A stretch of DNA of 62,697 bases, filler included, from Globobulimina sp. (taxonomy: Eukaryota), in assembly GCA_003354225.1 (NCBI GenBank). It is 36 parts of 36 records of this genome, joined end to end, with 100 filler letters (N's around TTAATTAATTAA, not from the genome) between each part and the next. Parts side by side here need not be neighbours in the genome. Positions count along the whole stretch, not along the records: positions 61,055 to 62,697 come from PIVH01013709.1; 35 more parts are not named here. One strand, given 5' to 3'. The notes under the pieces were generated by a model that saw only the letters and a list, made by a program, of their open reading frames with translations, made no database searches and was not told where the DNA came from. The first letter of the stretch is position 1. Each line of letters starts with the position of its first letter. The position numbers and the translations under genes are program-made. Below, one piece after another: positions 61,460 to 62,697 of the stretch.

Positions 61460-62697
61460 CTACTTTTTGGGATTTTTCGCTGAGACATTCTTTTTTTTGA
61501 TTTCTTTAACAACAATATTTTTAAACTTTTGTGCTTGCGAAATCATGTGGTTTGATAAAGTTGTTAATAATTTATTCGATTCAAATGTGTTTGCATTAAA
61601 TGGAAATATTTGGTTAAATCCACCAACATTATTCCGAAATAAATCACTTTTATTTACTGATGGTTCAATACTTTCAAATGACTTGTTTTCATCTTCTTGG
61701 TTATTGTTTAAATCCATATTATCAAATTGCATTAATAGTATATCATCGCTTGATTTTGTGGAAGATTTCGAGTGTTTCCTATATTTATTATTTGGTTTTT
61801 TGGACCCAAATTGATTTTGAATGCAATCAATCAAATTGTTTAACATTGGATATTTAACTAATTTATCAACATTGGAATTTATGGCAATCGCAGGAGAACC
61901 ATTCACTTCTAACAACCAACAATTATACTTCTCATCAACCAATATATCAAAACCAAATAATTCAAAACAATTTGAACATTGTTGTACGTCCATTATTATG
62001 GGCAACACTGTTAAAATAATAATATCATGGATTTTATTCCATATTTTATTCCGAATGTCAATTCTTTTGATTTCAGCTTCTTTATCATTCTCATTCATTT
62101 GATGCATCATCTTTATATTTTGATCATTATCCATTTCGTTTTGTAAATATGTAAACAATTTATTTATTGTCCACTTACATCCTTCGCCAATTACAAACTT
62201 ATTTTTATTAAATGTATCTGATGTTTTGTTAATGGAAGAGTTTGTTAAATGGGAATATACATTGTCTAAATCACTTAAGTCGTATTGTTGTGTACTAAAT
62301 CGACATAAACCTTCATTGTAACAATATATACGTAATGGGCGGACTGATGTAATTAAAACATATATTCGTAAATCAAATTTATATCCACCAATAAGCAATG
62401 GATTTGATATATATTTCTGTACAATCATAGGTTGGTCATAATTAAATTCCGATACATCTGTAAATAATGAGATGTTCTCTCCTCTGCGACCACAAACCGG
62501 TTTTGCTATCCATACAGATTTATTTCCAATGTTATCTTGATTTGATTTGCTTGATTGTGAAGAAAGTGTTTTTGCTTTTTTCTTATTTTTGTTGGCTTTC
62601 TTCCAATTTGCTGTGATTAAATTTCTTTGTTTTATTAATTTATTTTTATGAGTCATGGCTACAAATTCGGAATATTGTAACGGAAATTGATATGATT
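61460..62697 (-). CDS. Tubulin-tyrosine ligase-like polyglutamylase (5' partial)
   Basis: WIAKP, VQKYISNPLLIGGYKFDLRIY, HLTNSSINK, CFELFGFDILVD, LLEVNGSP. Confidence 0.95.
   Translation of the reverse strand, partial: SYQFPLQYSEFVAMTHKNKLIKQRNLITANWKKANKNKKKAKTLSSQSSKSNQDNIGNKSVWIAKPVCGRRGENISLFTDVSEFNYDQPMIVQKYISNPLLIGGYKFDLRIYVLITSVRPLRIYCYNEGLCRFSTQQYDLSDLDNVYSHLTNSSINKTSDTFNKNKFVIGEGCKWTINKLFTYLQNEMDNDQNIKMMHQMNENDKEAEIKRIDIRNKIWNKIHDIIILTVLPIIMDVQQCSNCFELFGFDILVDEKYNCWLLEVNGSPAIAINSNVDKLVKYPMLNNLIDCIQNQFGSKKPNNKYRKHSKSSTKSSDDILLMQFDNMDLNNNQEDENKSFESIEPSVNKSDLFRNNVGGFNQIFPFNANTFESNKLLTTLSNHMISQAQKFKNIVVKEIKKKNVSAKNPKK

Noticed and set aside
1-62697. Genome-wide alternative genetic code (UAR=Gln or UGA=Trp)
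   Set aside because: Long conserved ORFs have no internal stops, use CAA and TGG, and end at TAA, TAG or TGA.

Overview
This window is not contiguous DNA. It is 36 contigs of 1643-1646 bp, sorted by length and joined by artificial 100-bp linkers (Ns + TTAATTAATTAA + Ns), so adjacency across linkers means nothing. The contigs come from an AT-rich, gene-dense eukaryote with short GT-AG introns and the standard genetic code. The gene families suggest a foraminiferan/rhizarian-like protist, but that is inference. Recognisable genes include LSM5, COG2, mS34, GID8-like, a divergent G-alpha, a BSU1/PPKL-like phosphatase, GH47, GGT, SOD, TTLL, SDR, patatin and an SLC45-like transporter. Mobile and repeat DNA includes a Merlin fragment, an intron-containing Harbinger transposase, MITEs, a Helentron/DINE-1-like element, a gag-like ORF and a satellite. 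The most notable signals are: (1) tRNA-shaped genes with shortened anticodon arms, one with a possible UUA (ochre-reading) anticodon and one recurring on two unrelated contigs; (2) a 164-bp inverted-repeat element inside a gene that carries its own splice signals (introner-like); (3) two abutting long hairpins sharing a loop motif; (4) prokaryote-type genes in a eukaryotic context (COG2403/ArcE-like, and an intron-bearing GGT). All calls were made by eye, with no database searches.
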